Made by a program: the position numbers and the translations under genes | Shown: piece after piece, positions 1-10,822 of the stretch | Position numbering within the stretch: the stretch's first letter is position 1 | Layout: every line of letters begins with the position of its first letter | NCBI GenBank assembly: GCA_965645245.1 | Contig: OZ287070.1 | Span: 1,922,001-1,986,000 of the forward strand | Source of the DNA: Massalongia carnosa | Lineage: Eukaryota | Direction: 5' to 3' | Length of the DNA stretch: 64,000 bases | Notes under the pieces: generated by a model | Seen by the model: the letters and a program-made list of their open reading frames with translations, nothing else | The model's database searches: none | What the model was told of the DNA's origin: nothing

Positions 1-1373
1 TTCGATTGTGCCGATGGGACATCAATATCCATAAGTTCAAGCTTGAGCTTCTTTAGAGGTTTGGCAAAGCCATCGTTAGTTTGCTCATTCCGGCCATGAA
101 GCTCGTTTAAAATATCCCGATGACCGTTGGCTACCATCTCACTTTCGACGCGAGCTCTAACTTCGTTGTCTTCAGCGGCTCTTCGCCAGCGAGTGACCCA
201 TACTACCTTGTCCCGATTGATAATCAGCTTCTCCACTAACTCATGATGCTCATAATCAAACAACTCCATCAGATCATTTTCAGTTTCTCTGAGAGACTTC
301 TCTTCGCCATTTGCTGAGATACCAGCAAGAATTTGTAGTCCTTCCTGGGTTTTGGACTGTTGAACGTGTGCATCTGTATATATCGCACCGATCTGTCGTT
401 GAAGCCAATAGGCATCAATATCACGGACTGAAATAAAGTTTTTTCCAGCAACTTCATCTTTTTTAGATGTAACTCCATCGATATTTCCGTCAATAATCAT
501 CTCTTCACCTTCTCCAACGTCCCCCTCATCCGCAGGTCTCGAAGGCTGTTCATCAGCATCGCCTTCCTCGGCACCAGGCCTATCGTCTGCATTGTCGGGT
601 TCTTCATCCGAAGAGGGTTCGTCTTCATCTCTAACCTCATATGTACCAGCAGCACCTTCTTCGTCGTCATCAGACTCGTCGAACACAACCGCCACACCTT
701 GTTTTTCGTCCAGCTCAGTTTCATTTTCTGCGGTGCCACCACCATCATCATTCATATTGACATCCTCATCTTGACCATCGTAATCCGTAATCTTTTTACC
801 CAAGTTTACCAGCTCATTAAATTCCTTTGATCCCATTATGATGCCTAGAAGATCATCGACCTCTTTCTTTTTGTCAAGATCCTTCATATCTTCGTCCTTG
901 AGAAGCTCAAGTATGGCATCCGCTGCACTTCTGACAACCTCGTGGGGGACATCGCCAAGGTTATTTGCAGTGGTTGTAAGTATCAGGTCATAGGTCTGAC
1001 GTGTTGCTTGAGTTCGCGGTCTGTACTTCAGGCCTTCTACCAACGCATCTGCTGCGGAGAGGATGCCTGCTCCACGTAGTTGCGCTGGCTCTCCCCGTTT
1101 TCGCTTCTTTTGCTCTCGCTCCAGCACATCCTCTCCTTCCCTTATGTTACCCCGCTCAACATTTTTTGGTCCCACCACCTTTTTTTTCTGCTTTGGCGCA
1201 TCGTCCCGTGCATTTCTCGAGCCCATGTCCCTAATATTGATGCGCCCTGCCAAAGACTCGGGATCGCCGGTTACTTCATCGTTGCGCCGAGTGCTGAATC
1301 GGCGATCATGTTGCAATACCAAATTTGACATAGCAGCATACTTGTACTGCTGGATATTGTTGGGGTCTGCCAT
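1..1373 (-). CDS. BRR2: U5 snRNP 200 kDa RNA helicase Brr2, N-terminal part (runs off window start)
   Basis: ATG at 1373 reads MADPNNIQQYKYAAMSNLVLQHDRRFSTRRNDEVTGDPESLAGRINIRDMGSR..., later YRPRTQATRQTYDLIL, NLGKKITDY and IDAYWLQR, typical of the Brr2 N-terminus and PWI-like region. Missing from the ORF track because it has no stop in the window. Confidence 0.93.
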   Translation of the reverse strand, partial: MADPNNIQQYKYAAMSNLVLQHDRRFSTRRNDEVTGDPESLAGRINIRDMGSRNARDDAPKQKKKVVGPKNVERGNIREGEDVLEREQKKRKRGEPAQLRGAGILSAADALVEGLKYRPRTQATRQTYDLILTTTANNLGDVPHEVVRSAADAILELLKDEDMKDLDKKKEVDDLLGIIMGSKEFNELVNLGKKITDYDGQDEDVNMNDDGGGTAENETELDEKQGVAVVFDESDDDEEGAAGTYEVRDEDEPSSDEEPDNADDRPGAEEGDADEQPSRPADEGDVGEGEEMIIDGNIDGVTSKKDEVAGKNFISVRDIDAYWLQRQIGAIYTDAHVQQSKTQEGLQILAGISANGEEKSLRETENDLMELFDYEHHELVEKLIINRDKVVWVTRWRRAAEDNEVRARVESEMVANGHRDILNELHGRNEQTNDGFAKPLKKLKLELMDIDVPSAQS

Positions 1374-1709
1374 TTTGGACGATTGGATGCTCGGTATAGC
1401 GACTATTGCGCAAGAACAGCTATGTGTAAAGCCGGCCTTAGCCAAATATTGAGCTTGTTTGTATCACGAAAAGGATTTAGAGACCCTAAGATCTCTAATT
1501 CAGGTAAGTCATGGGCAGTTTTAAATGGCAACAGTCTTAGAGGGACTGAATAATTGAGATGACTGAAGGCAATCATACCACCCCGACTAGCGCTAGAAAC
1601 TTTTTATGCAGCCTTATTACGCGTTAGATTTGCCGCCATAAGCACGCCTAGGGTGGTCTTTAAGTCACTTTACAGATGGAAGCTATCCTCTTAATAAATA
1701 AACCTTGTA

Positions 1710-3335
1710 ATGTATCCTTTAAAGTATACTGAAGAGTTTCCTTTACCTCAAGTTATAGAGTTGTTGGCTCCATACATCAAAACCCGACAAGAGGCTCTAC
1801 GAATCAGACGTATTTTATCTTTATATCTTGCTCAAAGTATTGATGGCGGTCCAGGCAATCCACTTTCACTTACATCCCTCGCTGTACCCCGTGAAGACGC
1901 GCAAGTCAAAAGAATTCCCCCTGGATTTTCCGGACTTCGGAGAAACTATCTAAAGGCGTTACAGGCCCATATCAAGGCAAGAGAGGAATTTAATCAGCTT
2001 GTTCGAGGACCTGACGAAGCTTCCTTGCATGCTCTACGCCAGGAGCAGCATAAATCAGAGAAAGAGGCTGCTACTCATGTGGAAACTTCCTTAGGGCTTT
2101 TGAGCGCCCAGCAGAAATATCAAAAACTCAGGATTCTACAGGATTACTTGGACAAGCTTTCTCAGAAAGATGCAGCTCAAGCTGACTATCTAAGTGTAGA
2201 AAAAATTCTCAAAGGGGTTCCTCAGGCTCCAGAACTTCCTTCACCAGCAATTAGGGAGAATCTAGCGGCGTCAGAAACTACGCAAGAATTGACCCTGCGG
2301 TTGGAGAAAGCCGTCTTACGTGCGAAGAATGCTTTGGAGACTGAGAAGCGGCTTCTTGCGCATTTAAAATCTCAGCAGCAGGCTGAGGAAGGCTCGGAGA
2401 ATCCCAAGCCAACAAGCATAAGCGCACAAGTCTCCGCGCTGACTCGTACTCGAGACGAACTCGTTAACTGGATCGAGCAACAATTGGCGCAAAGCAGCCA
2501 AGCCGAGGACACTCTCAATGACTTGCCGAAGTCAATTCGAAAAAAAATTCCACTTGATGTTGATCAGCGTAGGAAAGATATTGAAGCCAAATACGAAGAA
2601 TATCTCCAAGCGCGACAATCCTTGATAGCGCTCGTATCAGCAAGAAGTTTACCATCTCTGGAAAAATCGGTCACCAAGCAAGACATCTCTACCTCTGATC
2701 ATCAAAACAAAAGCCCTGAGGAACCCATCAGCAAGGTTTCGTTAATACTGCCCTACCTAACCGAACACATCATTCCCGCTAAAAACGCCCAACAAGGCTT
2801 CCTACAGCAGGAACTCCATCTTTCCAAAACTCTAGCGGATCAGGAGCGCAAAACCGTCCACATGCTAGAAAGACTGGCGGATGAAAGCCACCTGCTGTCA
2901 AACTACCCGTTCTTGGCCGCGCAGCCTCGCTTCCAAAACGCTGTCGCAGCCCTCGGCTCAAAATCGCGTCCCAAATTGGCTAGAACCGGGGATCTAGGTG
3001 CTCGGCGAGAAGCGCACATTGTCAGCCAGGCCCGAGCATGGGCTTTCGCCGCATCGGCCGCGAAATCCGCAAAAGATAAGGAAATTCAAGAGCGCCTAGA
3101 CCATGCGGAAAAAAATGTTGGGATTGCAAAGGAAAGACTCCAGGAGCTGAATGAGATTCTGGGCGTGGATCCGGAGCCACAAGGAGAAGGTGAAGGTTCG
3201 CGGGCGGAGGACTTGGTGGGAAAGTCCAAGAGAAAAGCACTGAAGAAGCCGATCGATAATAGGGGTTTGGGAATCTGGGCGGGACTGGATGGAAATTTCA
3301 GAGTTCCTGGTGATAGTCATAAGGCCAAACCCTAG
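1710..3335 (+). CDS. Hypothetical coiled-coil-rich protein, 541 aa
   Basis: Uninterrupted 541-aa ORF rich in heptad-like L/E/K/Q segments, divergent from BRR2; no domain recognised. Confidence 0.75.
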   Translation: MYPLKYTEEFPLPQVIELLAPYIKTRQEALRIRRILSLYLAQSIDGGPGNPLSLTSLAVPREDAQVKRIPPGFSGLRRNYLKALQAHIKAREEFNQLVRGPDEASLHALRQEQHKSEKEAATHVETSLGLLSAQQKYQKLRILQDYLDKLSQKDAAQADYLSVEKILKGVPQAPELPSPAIRENLAASETTQELTLRLEKAVLRAKNALETEKRLLAHLKSQQQAEEGSENPKPTSISAQVSALTRTRDELVNWIEQQLAQSSQAEDTLNDLPKSIRKKIPLDVDQRRKDIEAKYEEYLQARQSLIALVSARSLPSLEKSVTKQDISTSDHQNKSPEEPISKVSLILPYLTEHIIPAKNAQQGFLQQELHLSKTLADQERKTVHMLERLADESHLLSNYPFLAAQPRFQNAVAALGSKSRPKLARTGDLGARREAHIVSQARAWAFAASAAKSAKDKEIQERLDHAEKNVGIAKERLQELNEILGVDPEPQGEGEGSRAEDLVGKSKRKALKKPIDNRGLGIWAGLDGNFRVPGDSHKAKP

Positions 3336-3434
3336 ATAGAGATCAACCACCACCTTGAATTCTGCCCAAAAATTTCTTACCCTGACCTTACCAAGTGCTC
3401 AAGGACTGAACCCCGCCAGCCTTTTCTCCATCTA

Positions 3435-4374
3435 TCAGTCATGATCATCCTCCTCCCTCCCGGGACAACCCTCCATCCTCTCATCCTCATACCGGAACTT
3501 GCACCAAAAGCAATACCAATACCTCCCCCTCAACTCCCCAATCAACCTTTCCAGCCTCTCCTCAGGCTGTAGTTTTTCAAACGCATCCAACTCATCATCC
3601 TCCTCATCCACATCTTCCTCTTCCCTTCCCCACGCCAATCTATCCTGCTCCTCATCCTCCTCATCCTGTTGATAATGTGCGTGTTTTGATAAGCTTTGAT
3701 GCAAATCGAATCGCGCGCGCCGTTCCCTCTCCTGCTCCTGCCGCTGCCGTACTAAACCCCTGTAGAGCACATTGACACTTTTCTTCTTCTTCTCTGAACC
3801 CTCACCTTGATATGTGCTCTCTTCATCCAACCTCTCGAGTAAGCGCATTGCGCCACCCACCAAAACCTCCAGTCTCCTCGCCTCCCGTTCCTTGGCAACT
3901 CTCTCCCGAAACCCTCCCTCCTCCGCTCTCTCCTCGCGCTCTCTGCCTTCAATCTCCTCTCTAAACTTTCTCTTCTTTTCATTCGCCAGCCCAATCCCGC
4001 CTCGATCTTCTTTCACCTCAACCATCACCGGCTCTAGTGTGCCGCTCATATTGCCAGCTGCACCTAGCGTGCTTCCTGGGACGTAGCCTAGTTTGGCAAG
4101 CATCTGGAACCCTTTCGAAGTATGAGGAAGGGCGGTTGACAGTACGGTGGAGGGGTCCGCCGGGCGTGATTTCTTTTCCGCCTATAACAGGGTCAGCACC
4201 CATTGAAGAGCACCAAAGAGGGGTACGTACTTCACGCTCTTTACGGATTCGGCGCTTAGTGTAGGTTTCTTTCTGCCGCGGTTGGGCAGGTTCAACGATG
4301 GTCATGGACATATAGTCGTCTGGTTCTTCATCGACAGAGGGCTTAGAGGGAGGAGGAGAGACAAGCTTTGCCAT
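3435..4374 (-). CDS. G-patch domain protein with C-terminal YCFWC motif (GPATCH11/DUF4187-like); intron 4182-4230
   Basis: DDYMSM N-terminal motif; GT..CTGAC..TAG intron joins RKERE to AEKKSRP...SKGFQMLAKLGYVPGSTLG (G-patch); C-terminus LRGRYWYCFWCKFRY...CPGREEDDHD. Confidence 0.88.
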
Positions 4375-4578
4375 TTTCCTTGAATAAGTGGGCCCTGTTG
4401 ATAACAGATAATTGTGGAAAGAAATTGCTGCCGATTAGCCGGCTAGAATAAAATATTTAATAAAAATAAAAATAAACTACTAACGATCGATGGCATGTTT
4501 CTTAAGAGAAATTTGTTCAATTATGTGCTTCGCTCACTTTAATCGATTAAAATTGGTTATGTTTAAACTATCCGTGCC

Positions 4579-4821
4579 CACGCGGTGCGAAAAAAAGTTG
4601 ACACACCAAAACTCGTCAGTACGCATAAAACTACACAACTATCAAAGCTTCAACATAATATAGAAAATCAACAACAGATGAACCAGTAAAACAGACTTGA
4701 TAGAGTAATAGAGTTATGTGTTCAAATTCACCTTAACTTTTTTGAAATGTATTACTTAACGATGTAGCCTATCATAATTATTTTATATTTTTGGTGTGTC
4801 AACTATTTTTCGCACCGCGTG
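4579..4821. mobile_element. MITE M1 (243 bp), CACG...CGTG termini, inserted in the left TIR of the Fot1 element
   Basis: About 33-bp TIR CACGCGGTGCGAAAAA(A/T)AGTTGACACACCAAAA, AT-rich interior, flanked by direct repeat CCGTGCC (4572-4578 and 4822-4828). Confidence 0.9.
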
Positions 4822-4950
4822 CCGTGCCACCCACATCGCTCGGGTCGCCTCGCTTAGTGCTAGCCAGCCATACAACCCAACTCAGCCATACAACCCAATT
4901 CGTCAAATTTCAAGCATTTACCTTTCAACAATTTATCATCCATCACCACC

Positions 4951-6597
4951 ATGCCTGAATCATATACCGAAATCGAAAGTCGCATTACGAAGGCTATTGA
5001 CGCCTTAAAAACGCGGAAAAACGCGAAACTTCGAGCAATTGCACGAGAATTTGAAGTGCCTAGAGAAAGACTTCGTTCTCGATATCATGGGGCCCCATCT
5101 AAATCAGAGATACGAGGACTGCATACTAGACGTCTGAAACCGGATCAAGAGTCGGCCCTATATATGTATATCAAGAAACTGGACTCTTTGAACATACCTG
5201 CCCGATTGCACATGGTGGAAATCGCAGCAAATTCTATTCTTCGTCAAACAGCTCCTGTTTCGGAACCGCCTCCTTTGATCGGGTCGCATTGGACCAAGAT
5301 ATGGTTAAATCGTCAGCCCGATTTATTCAAAGTTCGACGAAAACCTCTAGCTGTTGAGCGAAAAAATGCGCATGATTTAGAGTTGCTAATGGCTCACTTT
5401 ACAAAATACAAAGAGGTAATTGATGAGTATGGCATAGATCCTCAAGATCAGTGGAATTTTGATGAAACCGGGTATCGCATTGGCATGGCACGTAATGATT
5501 GGATAGTCAGTGCATCAAAAGACCGAAGGATCTATAATAACGATCCATCAAACAGAGAATCACTGACCGGAGTGGAATGTATCAATGGGACTGGACGAGA
5601 TATTCCCCGTATGCTGATTTTGACTGGTATCAGCATTCTCGCTCCCTTTTTCCTCAACGATCTTAGCAATGATGTTCTTATTACTACTGCTGAATCAGGT
5701 TCTTCAAATGACTGGCTGGCCTTGCAATGGATTAAACACTTCGATAAACACTCTCGAAACATTCGAAAGGGGGCATGGAGACTGTTGATTATGGATGGAC
5801 ATGGATCTCATCATACTCGTGAGTTTTTAGAGTATTGTGACGCTTATAACATCATTCCATTTGGATTACCATCACATACCACTCACTTATTGCAACCGCT
5901 TGATGTATGTGTGTTTCAGCCTTTAAAGCATTGGCATTCCGAGGCTGTCAATGAGGCCATTCAGAACGGTGATGAAACGTTCTCGAAAGTGGAATTTCTA
6001 GCTGCATTCAACACCTTTCGGGCAAAGGCCTTCAAATCAACAACGATTAGGTCTGCATGGAGAAAAACCGGCCTAATTCCATATAATCCAGAGGTGGTTC
6101 TTCAAAAGGTCAGAGAGAGTTTACCACCCCCCCGCGAGATTACCCTACCCTCGTCGATTCAATCAATACAAGAGACCCCTAGGACTGTCAGACAATTGAG
6201 TACAGTAGCCGCAGACATTATGATGCATTCCCGTTGTTCGGATGAACTTACACAAATGATAGCAAAATTTGTAAAGGGGGCTGTTTCGGAAGTCCGAAAA
6301 GGAGAACTTCTCGGACAACGATGGGATAAACAAACAAAGGCCAAAAAAGTTCGAAAAGCACGCAAACGAGAGAGCAATAAGGTACTTCAGATTGGGGGCA
6401 TACTTACTGCACGAAAGGCTCGATCAATGATTCGTGATAGACAGAATCAGGAGGCTCAGAGGGAGAAGGATCGAATGATCGCATGGGAAAAGCGATATTC
6501 TTTGGCACTGGGCAAGGTTGCTAAACAAACCAAAGCTCATCGAAAGTTGAAGATGACCAAAAGTATGAATAGCATAAGAGATAGGAGGAAGTACTGA
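4951..6597 (+). CDS. Fot1/pogo-type DD35D transposase (HTH + CENP-B-type HTH + DDE_1), intact
   Basis: 548 aa; LRAIAREFEVP HTH, WNFDETG, LIMDGHGSH, THLLQPLDV with 35 residues between the 2nd and 3rd Asp. Confidence 0.95.
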   Translation: MPESYTEIESRITKAIDALKTRKNAKLRAIAREFEVPRERLRSRYHGAPSKSEIRGLHTRRLKPDQESALYMYIKKLDSLNIPARLHMVEIAANSILRQTAPVSEPPPLIGSHWTKIWLNRQPDLFKVRRKPLAVERKNAHDLELLMAHFTKYKEVIDEYGIDPQDQWNFDETGYRIGMARNDWIVSASKDRRIYNNDPSNRESLTGVECINGTGRDIPRMLILTGISILAPFFLNDLSNDVLITTAESGSSNDWLALQWIKHFDKHSRNIRKGAWRLLIMDGHGSHHTREFLEYCDAYNIIPFGLPSHTTHLLQPLDVCVFQPLKHWHSEAVNEAIQNGDETFSKVEFLAAFNTFRAKAFKSTTIRSAWRKTGLIPYNPEVVLQKVRESLPPPREITLPSSIQSIQETPRTVRQLSTVAADIMMHSRCSDELTQMIAKFVKGAVSEVRKGELLGQRWDKQTKAKKVRKARKRESNKVLQIGGILTARKARSMIRDRQNQEAQREKDRMIAWEKRYSLALGKVAKQTKAHRKLKMTKSMNSIRDRRKY

Positions 6598-6706
6598 AGG
6601 AATTGTTGAAAAAAACCCCGATGTATGTAGAGGAGTAGCATTTTGGGTTGTATGGCTGGCTAGCACTAAGCGAGGCGACCCGAGCGATGTGGGTGGCACG
6701 GATAGG

Positions 6707-6980
6707 CACGCAGTTGACAAAAAAAATAACACGAAAACCACATCAAAATCTTGTTCGCATCACCCCTTTACACATGATTAAATCATATTAAACCACAATA
6801 AAATCACATAAAAAATCATCATGAAAACAACATCATTGAATAAGATATGGTATTACTTTAGAGCATTGAATAAGATATGGTGTTACTTTAGAACATCAAA
6901 TCTGCACTTTCACTTATCAAATCGGAAAACCTAAACGTACATTTATTTCTACACATTGTCATTTTTTTGTCACCCGCGTG
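6707..6980. mobile_element. MITE M2 (274 bp), CACG...CGTG termini
   Basis: Imperfect TIR CACGC(A/G)G(T/G)TGACAAAAAAA. Right flank CTAGG (6981-6985); left flank reconstructs to CTAGG once the Fot1 element is removed (C4568, TA, GG 6705-6706). Internal 30-bp tandem duplication 6834-6893. Confidence 0.85.
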
Positions 6981-7442
6981 CTAGGTCAAACGCTGATTCA
7001 GTAGACAAGCTCATTAATATACGCCTCAGCAAAGTGTTACTCAACCCGACCTCAGAAACAATACCTCTGAAGACAGGGTTGCGCAATATCATCCTGCCCG
7101 CTCTTAGCTTTATGTGCTTAACGATCGAAGAAAAGAGATGTGGATGAGGGGTTATGACTTGAAGGGGACGATTCCTTGCAGCTTCGTCTTTCTCCTGCGT
7201 GAGAATGTAGCCATTGAACAAATTTATGAAAGACATCCATAAAGGTGATGGATGAACGATAAATAGAAAGTAGTTACTTGACTCAGATCATTGTTTAAAT
7301 GAAGAGAATATAAACTGATTTTAATACTGGAAGGAACACCCCATCATGACCGTCGCGCCATATGATGCAAGGACCCTTTACTCCTAATGCAGATGCAGAA
7401 TTAAGACCTTATAAGGTCAAAGGCGAATGACACATAGAGCCG

Positions 7443-9536
7443 CTAGCTTAAGCTAGCCCCCTTGAACCTCTTAGCAAGCTGATCGCCATCCAACGTGTGC
7501 CCAAAGTTCGAAAAAGGTGAGGGGCGTTTATGGGGGCGCTCACCACTTTCCTGCAAAATAGCCAGCAGGGTTGCCCATCCGGGAGTGTTAAGAAGTTGAA
7601 GCTCTTCTGCGATATCATGTGAACAAGCCACGCGGCATAGGAGAGCTTCTTCGTCCTGTCATTTGACAAAGTGGGTCAGCGTAGGTTATTATGTAAATCA
7701 CGATACAGAAGCATATGTACCTTACTGAGTATATCCATTCCACGCAGGAAACAAAGCAGGTGAAAGTCGGAGGCCGATCGTATTCCTTGCTGGGCATCAA
7801 CCTTACTTCCGCTGACCCCTAGCTTCTTGGCAATATTTTTCAAGTCTTGACTCTCCCCCATAGTTTCGCGATTTTCAATGGCAAAATCCGACGCAACGAA
7901 ATATGAAGCAGATTCTTTGGGAAAGCCATGGGTCAATGTGACAAGAAGATATTCAACAGGAAAGCTTGGCTTTGCGTTCTCCTGAACGCTCACCCCGTAT
8001 TCGTTGATCCGCCTATAAAAAACCTCAGGAATATACCACGCGCTAGCCAGACTCTCATCGTCTTCTTCCCCACGAACAATCATCACCGACGGGTCTGCTG
8101 AAGGCTCAACAATGCCCGCTCGTATCATTTCGACCGCCGAATTGGAAACCTGGAATGCTGTGATGGCAATACCTCCCTGCTCGTCTCCACTAAGGACACA
8201 AGTAACAAAGTTAGACCCAAACCGTCCTGTATCACTCCACTTTGTAGGCTTGGGATTTTGAGCTTGCAATGTTGCGGAAAATGCAATCTCAAGTGAGGAT
8301 AGGTAGTAGGAATCGATATGGCGCTTGCAAAGAACATTTCCATCACCTTCGCCAGCATCAATAAGGTCTGTGAATATCACTCCCACCTTTTGTAGCCCAC
8401 ACAAGCGCGCCACGTCATCCACTTCTTTCTCGTTTCGCCAATCCTGCAACGTACAGCCATCGATTTCATCAACCTGTGGAGGTTCGTAAATTGCTTCCAC
8501 AACGGCTTTGATACCCAGCGGAACCTCCAGGTACTGCTCATAGTGACCGTACAGAAAGCCCACACGCTGTGTGCCGCTGACTCTCCAGAAGTTCAGAAAA
8601 GAGTCAATGAGTGAGGGTGATGAGAACTCCACATGATCTATCATTCGATAGGGCTGGGACTGTAATGTGATTGCACTTGGCTGGCATTTTGTACAGATAC
8701 CTTCTGGCCAAGGTGGATGCCCGGAAGGACAATCCCGTCTTACTCGGTAAAACGGTTCGCTAAGGGGCGGCATGTACGACGATTTCAGCTCGGGTTTATT
8801 CGTGGAGGAGTTAATCTTCCGCAAATATGAATGGAAGGAGAGGTGTTTGATTTTCTTTTCCGCAAGGTAGTCGGCCGAGAACGGTTCGAGAGGCATGCAG
8901 TAGTCGCACATCCCCTTTTGTCCATGCTTACACATCTTCTGATCTCGGGGTCGAGCGATCTTACCATCTTGCTTGTCGAGTTCATTATCCAGGGCCAACT
9001 GTTGGACAGCTTCCCAAGGATTCTTGATAGTGGCAGTGGGAGAGGTAGAGGCAGGTAAGGAAACAGGTAGGTCTACTGCCGAAACAACAGGGTGTCCGTT
9101 CAATCTATTTGATGAGCTGTGCGGCTGTGAGGAGGTCGTTGAGAGTCCGTTAACAGGCGGTTGGTCTTGGTACTTAAGATATAGTTTATCTCCATGCCTA
9201 AAAGCTTCTGATCAGCTCCGCATATAGTGAAATAGTAGAGCACATACCGCAGGCCGACTCTATCTATCGCGATACCCTTTAAGGAGCTTAAAAGCCTGTC
9301 CTCTCCGCCGAATGGCTTGTTTGATAAGGTAATAGAGCGAGAGTCTACATTATTTGGTAAATTGTCTAAAATCTGTGACCAACACGTAAGCTTTATTGAT
9401 CTAATGAAAGACCACATATAAAAAGTGCAGTCACCTTTGACAAAAGCGACGTGAACTGATCAGTAGGATTCACCGTCAACCGAAATTGACCGTTTTTACT
9501 CTCAAAGCGCAATAAGATAGGTTTTGCTTGAGACAT
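7443..9536 (-). CDS. NPL4: Nuclear protein localization protein 4 (Cdc48-Ufd1-Npl4 cofactor), spliced
   Basis: [20 protein letters not shown] start; zinc-finger motifs [14 protein letters not shown] and [28 protein letters not shown] and [15 protein letters not shown]; three GT-AG introns inferred. Confidence 0.95.
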
Positions 9537-9897
9537 AGCGTGTGGAGGAGATGGTGAGATACTAATATGAAGGTTGAATACTCATTTTACACTGGTTTTA
9601 CCAAGGGCTCGGAAGGAAAATACTCCACCAATTTCTCAAGCATTTATGAAGAATGGGTGCTGTTCTCCGGTACGTCAACGTCCACGTCGGCTACTCCCGA
9701 TGAATCCTTGTCAGCCCTACAACGCGGAGTTCGGCATTAAGCTTTTGTGTTCGTTGTCCTTTCTTCAGGCTGTCAGGTGTTGTGACATAAGGGATGTCCA
9801 TTCATTGATTTTCAAAGAGAAGTCTGATTAATTTGTTTTTCCACAACACTTCTGCCATTAGCTGAATTTAATCTGGACGAGAACAAAAAAGACCGTT

Positions 9898-10822
9898 ATG
9901 GTTCACTGGATTGGCCTCATTGTGCCTTTTGCGTATCTCAGCCTTCTAATTGGATCGCTGGCAACTTTCTCTTCACTCTATCGGAGACGGAAAGCAGGCA
10001 AGTTCCATCTGTCGCGCCTAGATCTGCGTGCGCGTGCACGCGGGATCTTGCAGTTGTGAAAGCAAACTTACTGTCAAATAGCGAAGTCCACCTCCTTGAA
10101 GCCATGGTTTGGACCCCATCTTCAAAGAGACATATATCTTTCACTGCTTCACCTCGAACCAGAACCTGGCCAAGAAAGACCGCCAACTGTTCCTGAAAGC
10201 CTTCTTAAAGCGGCATTGCTTCAGCGGGCCACTGAAGACATCCACCGCGTTCTCGCAATACGGAGTGCCAAGCAAGCTTTAAGTAATCTAGTACAGAGAG
10301 GGAGTGTAGGAGATGATTTATGGCAGAGGTATCTAAGAGCGGAGAAAGAAATCGAGGCGGAGCTAAGGGACGTGGTTGAAGAGGTACAGAAAGCCATTTC
10401 AAGGTTACAGAGCCTTTTCTGACGGATCTTAAAAGGCGAATGCACTAGCTACAAATTGGGGGAACACTATCTTTCAGAGCGCCAATGAGATGGTTAACAA
10501 TCAAATAATCCGCCAAAAAGTGGCCGCTCTCCAGGCACAGGGTAAAGCAGACCGCGAGTGGTGGGATAAGGAGAGAGCTAGCATTCAATCTAAATTCATG
10601 AAAGAGTTAGACGAGGTTTCGGTTGGTGCGGGCGCTGGTGTTGGAACTGGAGCTGGAACTGGAACTGGAACTAGCTCCGCTCCTACTAAGTCTACGACAA
10701 CACCTGGTGAGAGAGGAGGCAGTGATGAAGACGCTGTGCTGGTAGAAGGTGGAGGCCCGGCAGCTTCAGGGTCCGTGACGAACTCGAAAGCTAGTACGAA
10801 GAAGCGCAAAGGGAAGAAGTAA
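9898..10822 (+). CDS. SEC66: ER translocation complex subunit Sec66; introns 9998-10081 (GC-AG) and 10384-10435
   Basis: MVHWIGLIVPFAYLSLLIGSLATFSSLYRRRKA (TM), then KPWFGPHLQRDIYLSLLH, LLKAALLQRATEDI, GSVGDDLWQR, EANALATNWGNTIFQSANEM. Confidence 0.9.

Larger units (their letters stand above)
4571..6702 (+). mobile_element. Fot1/pogo-family DNA transposon, about 1.88 kb after removing the nested MITE and its duplication
   Basis: TA at 4569-4570 and 6703-6704. 60-bp TIR (TCCGTGCCACCCACATCGCTCGGGTCGCCTCGCTTAGTGCTAGCCAGCCATACAACCCAA): right copy 6643-6702, left copy split by the MITE (4571-4578 and 4822-4880). Extra subterminal copy of CAGCCATACAACCCAA at 4883-4898. Confidence 0.95.
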
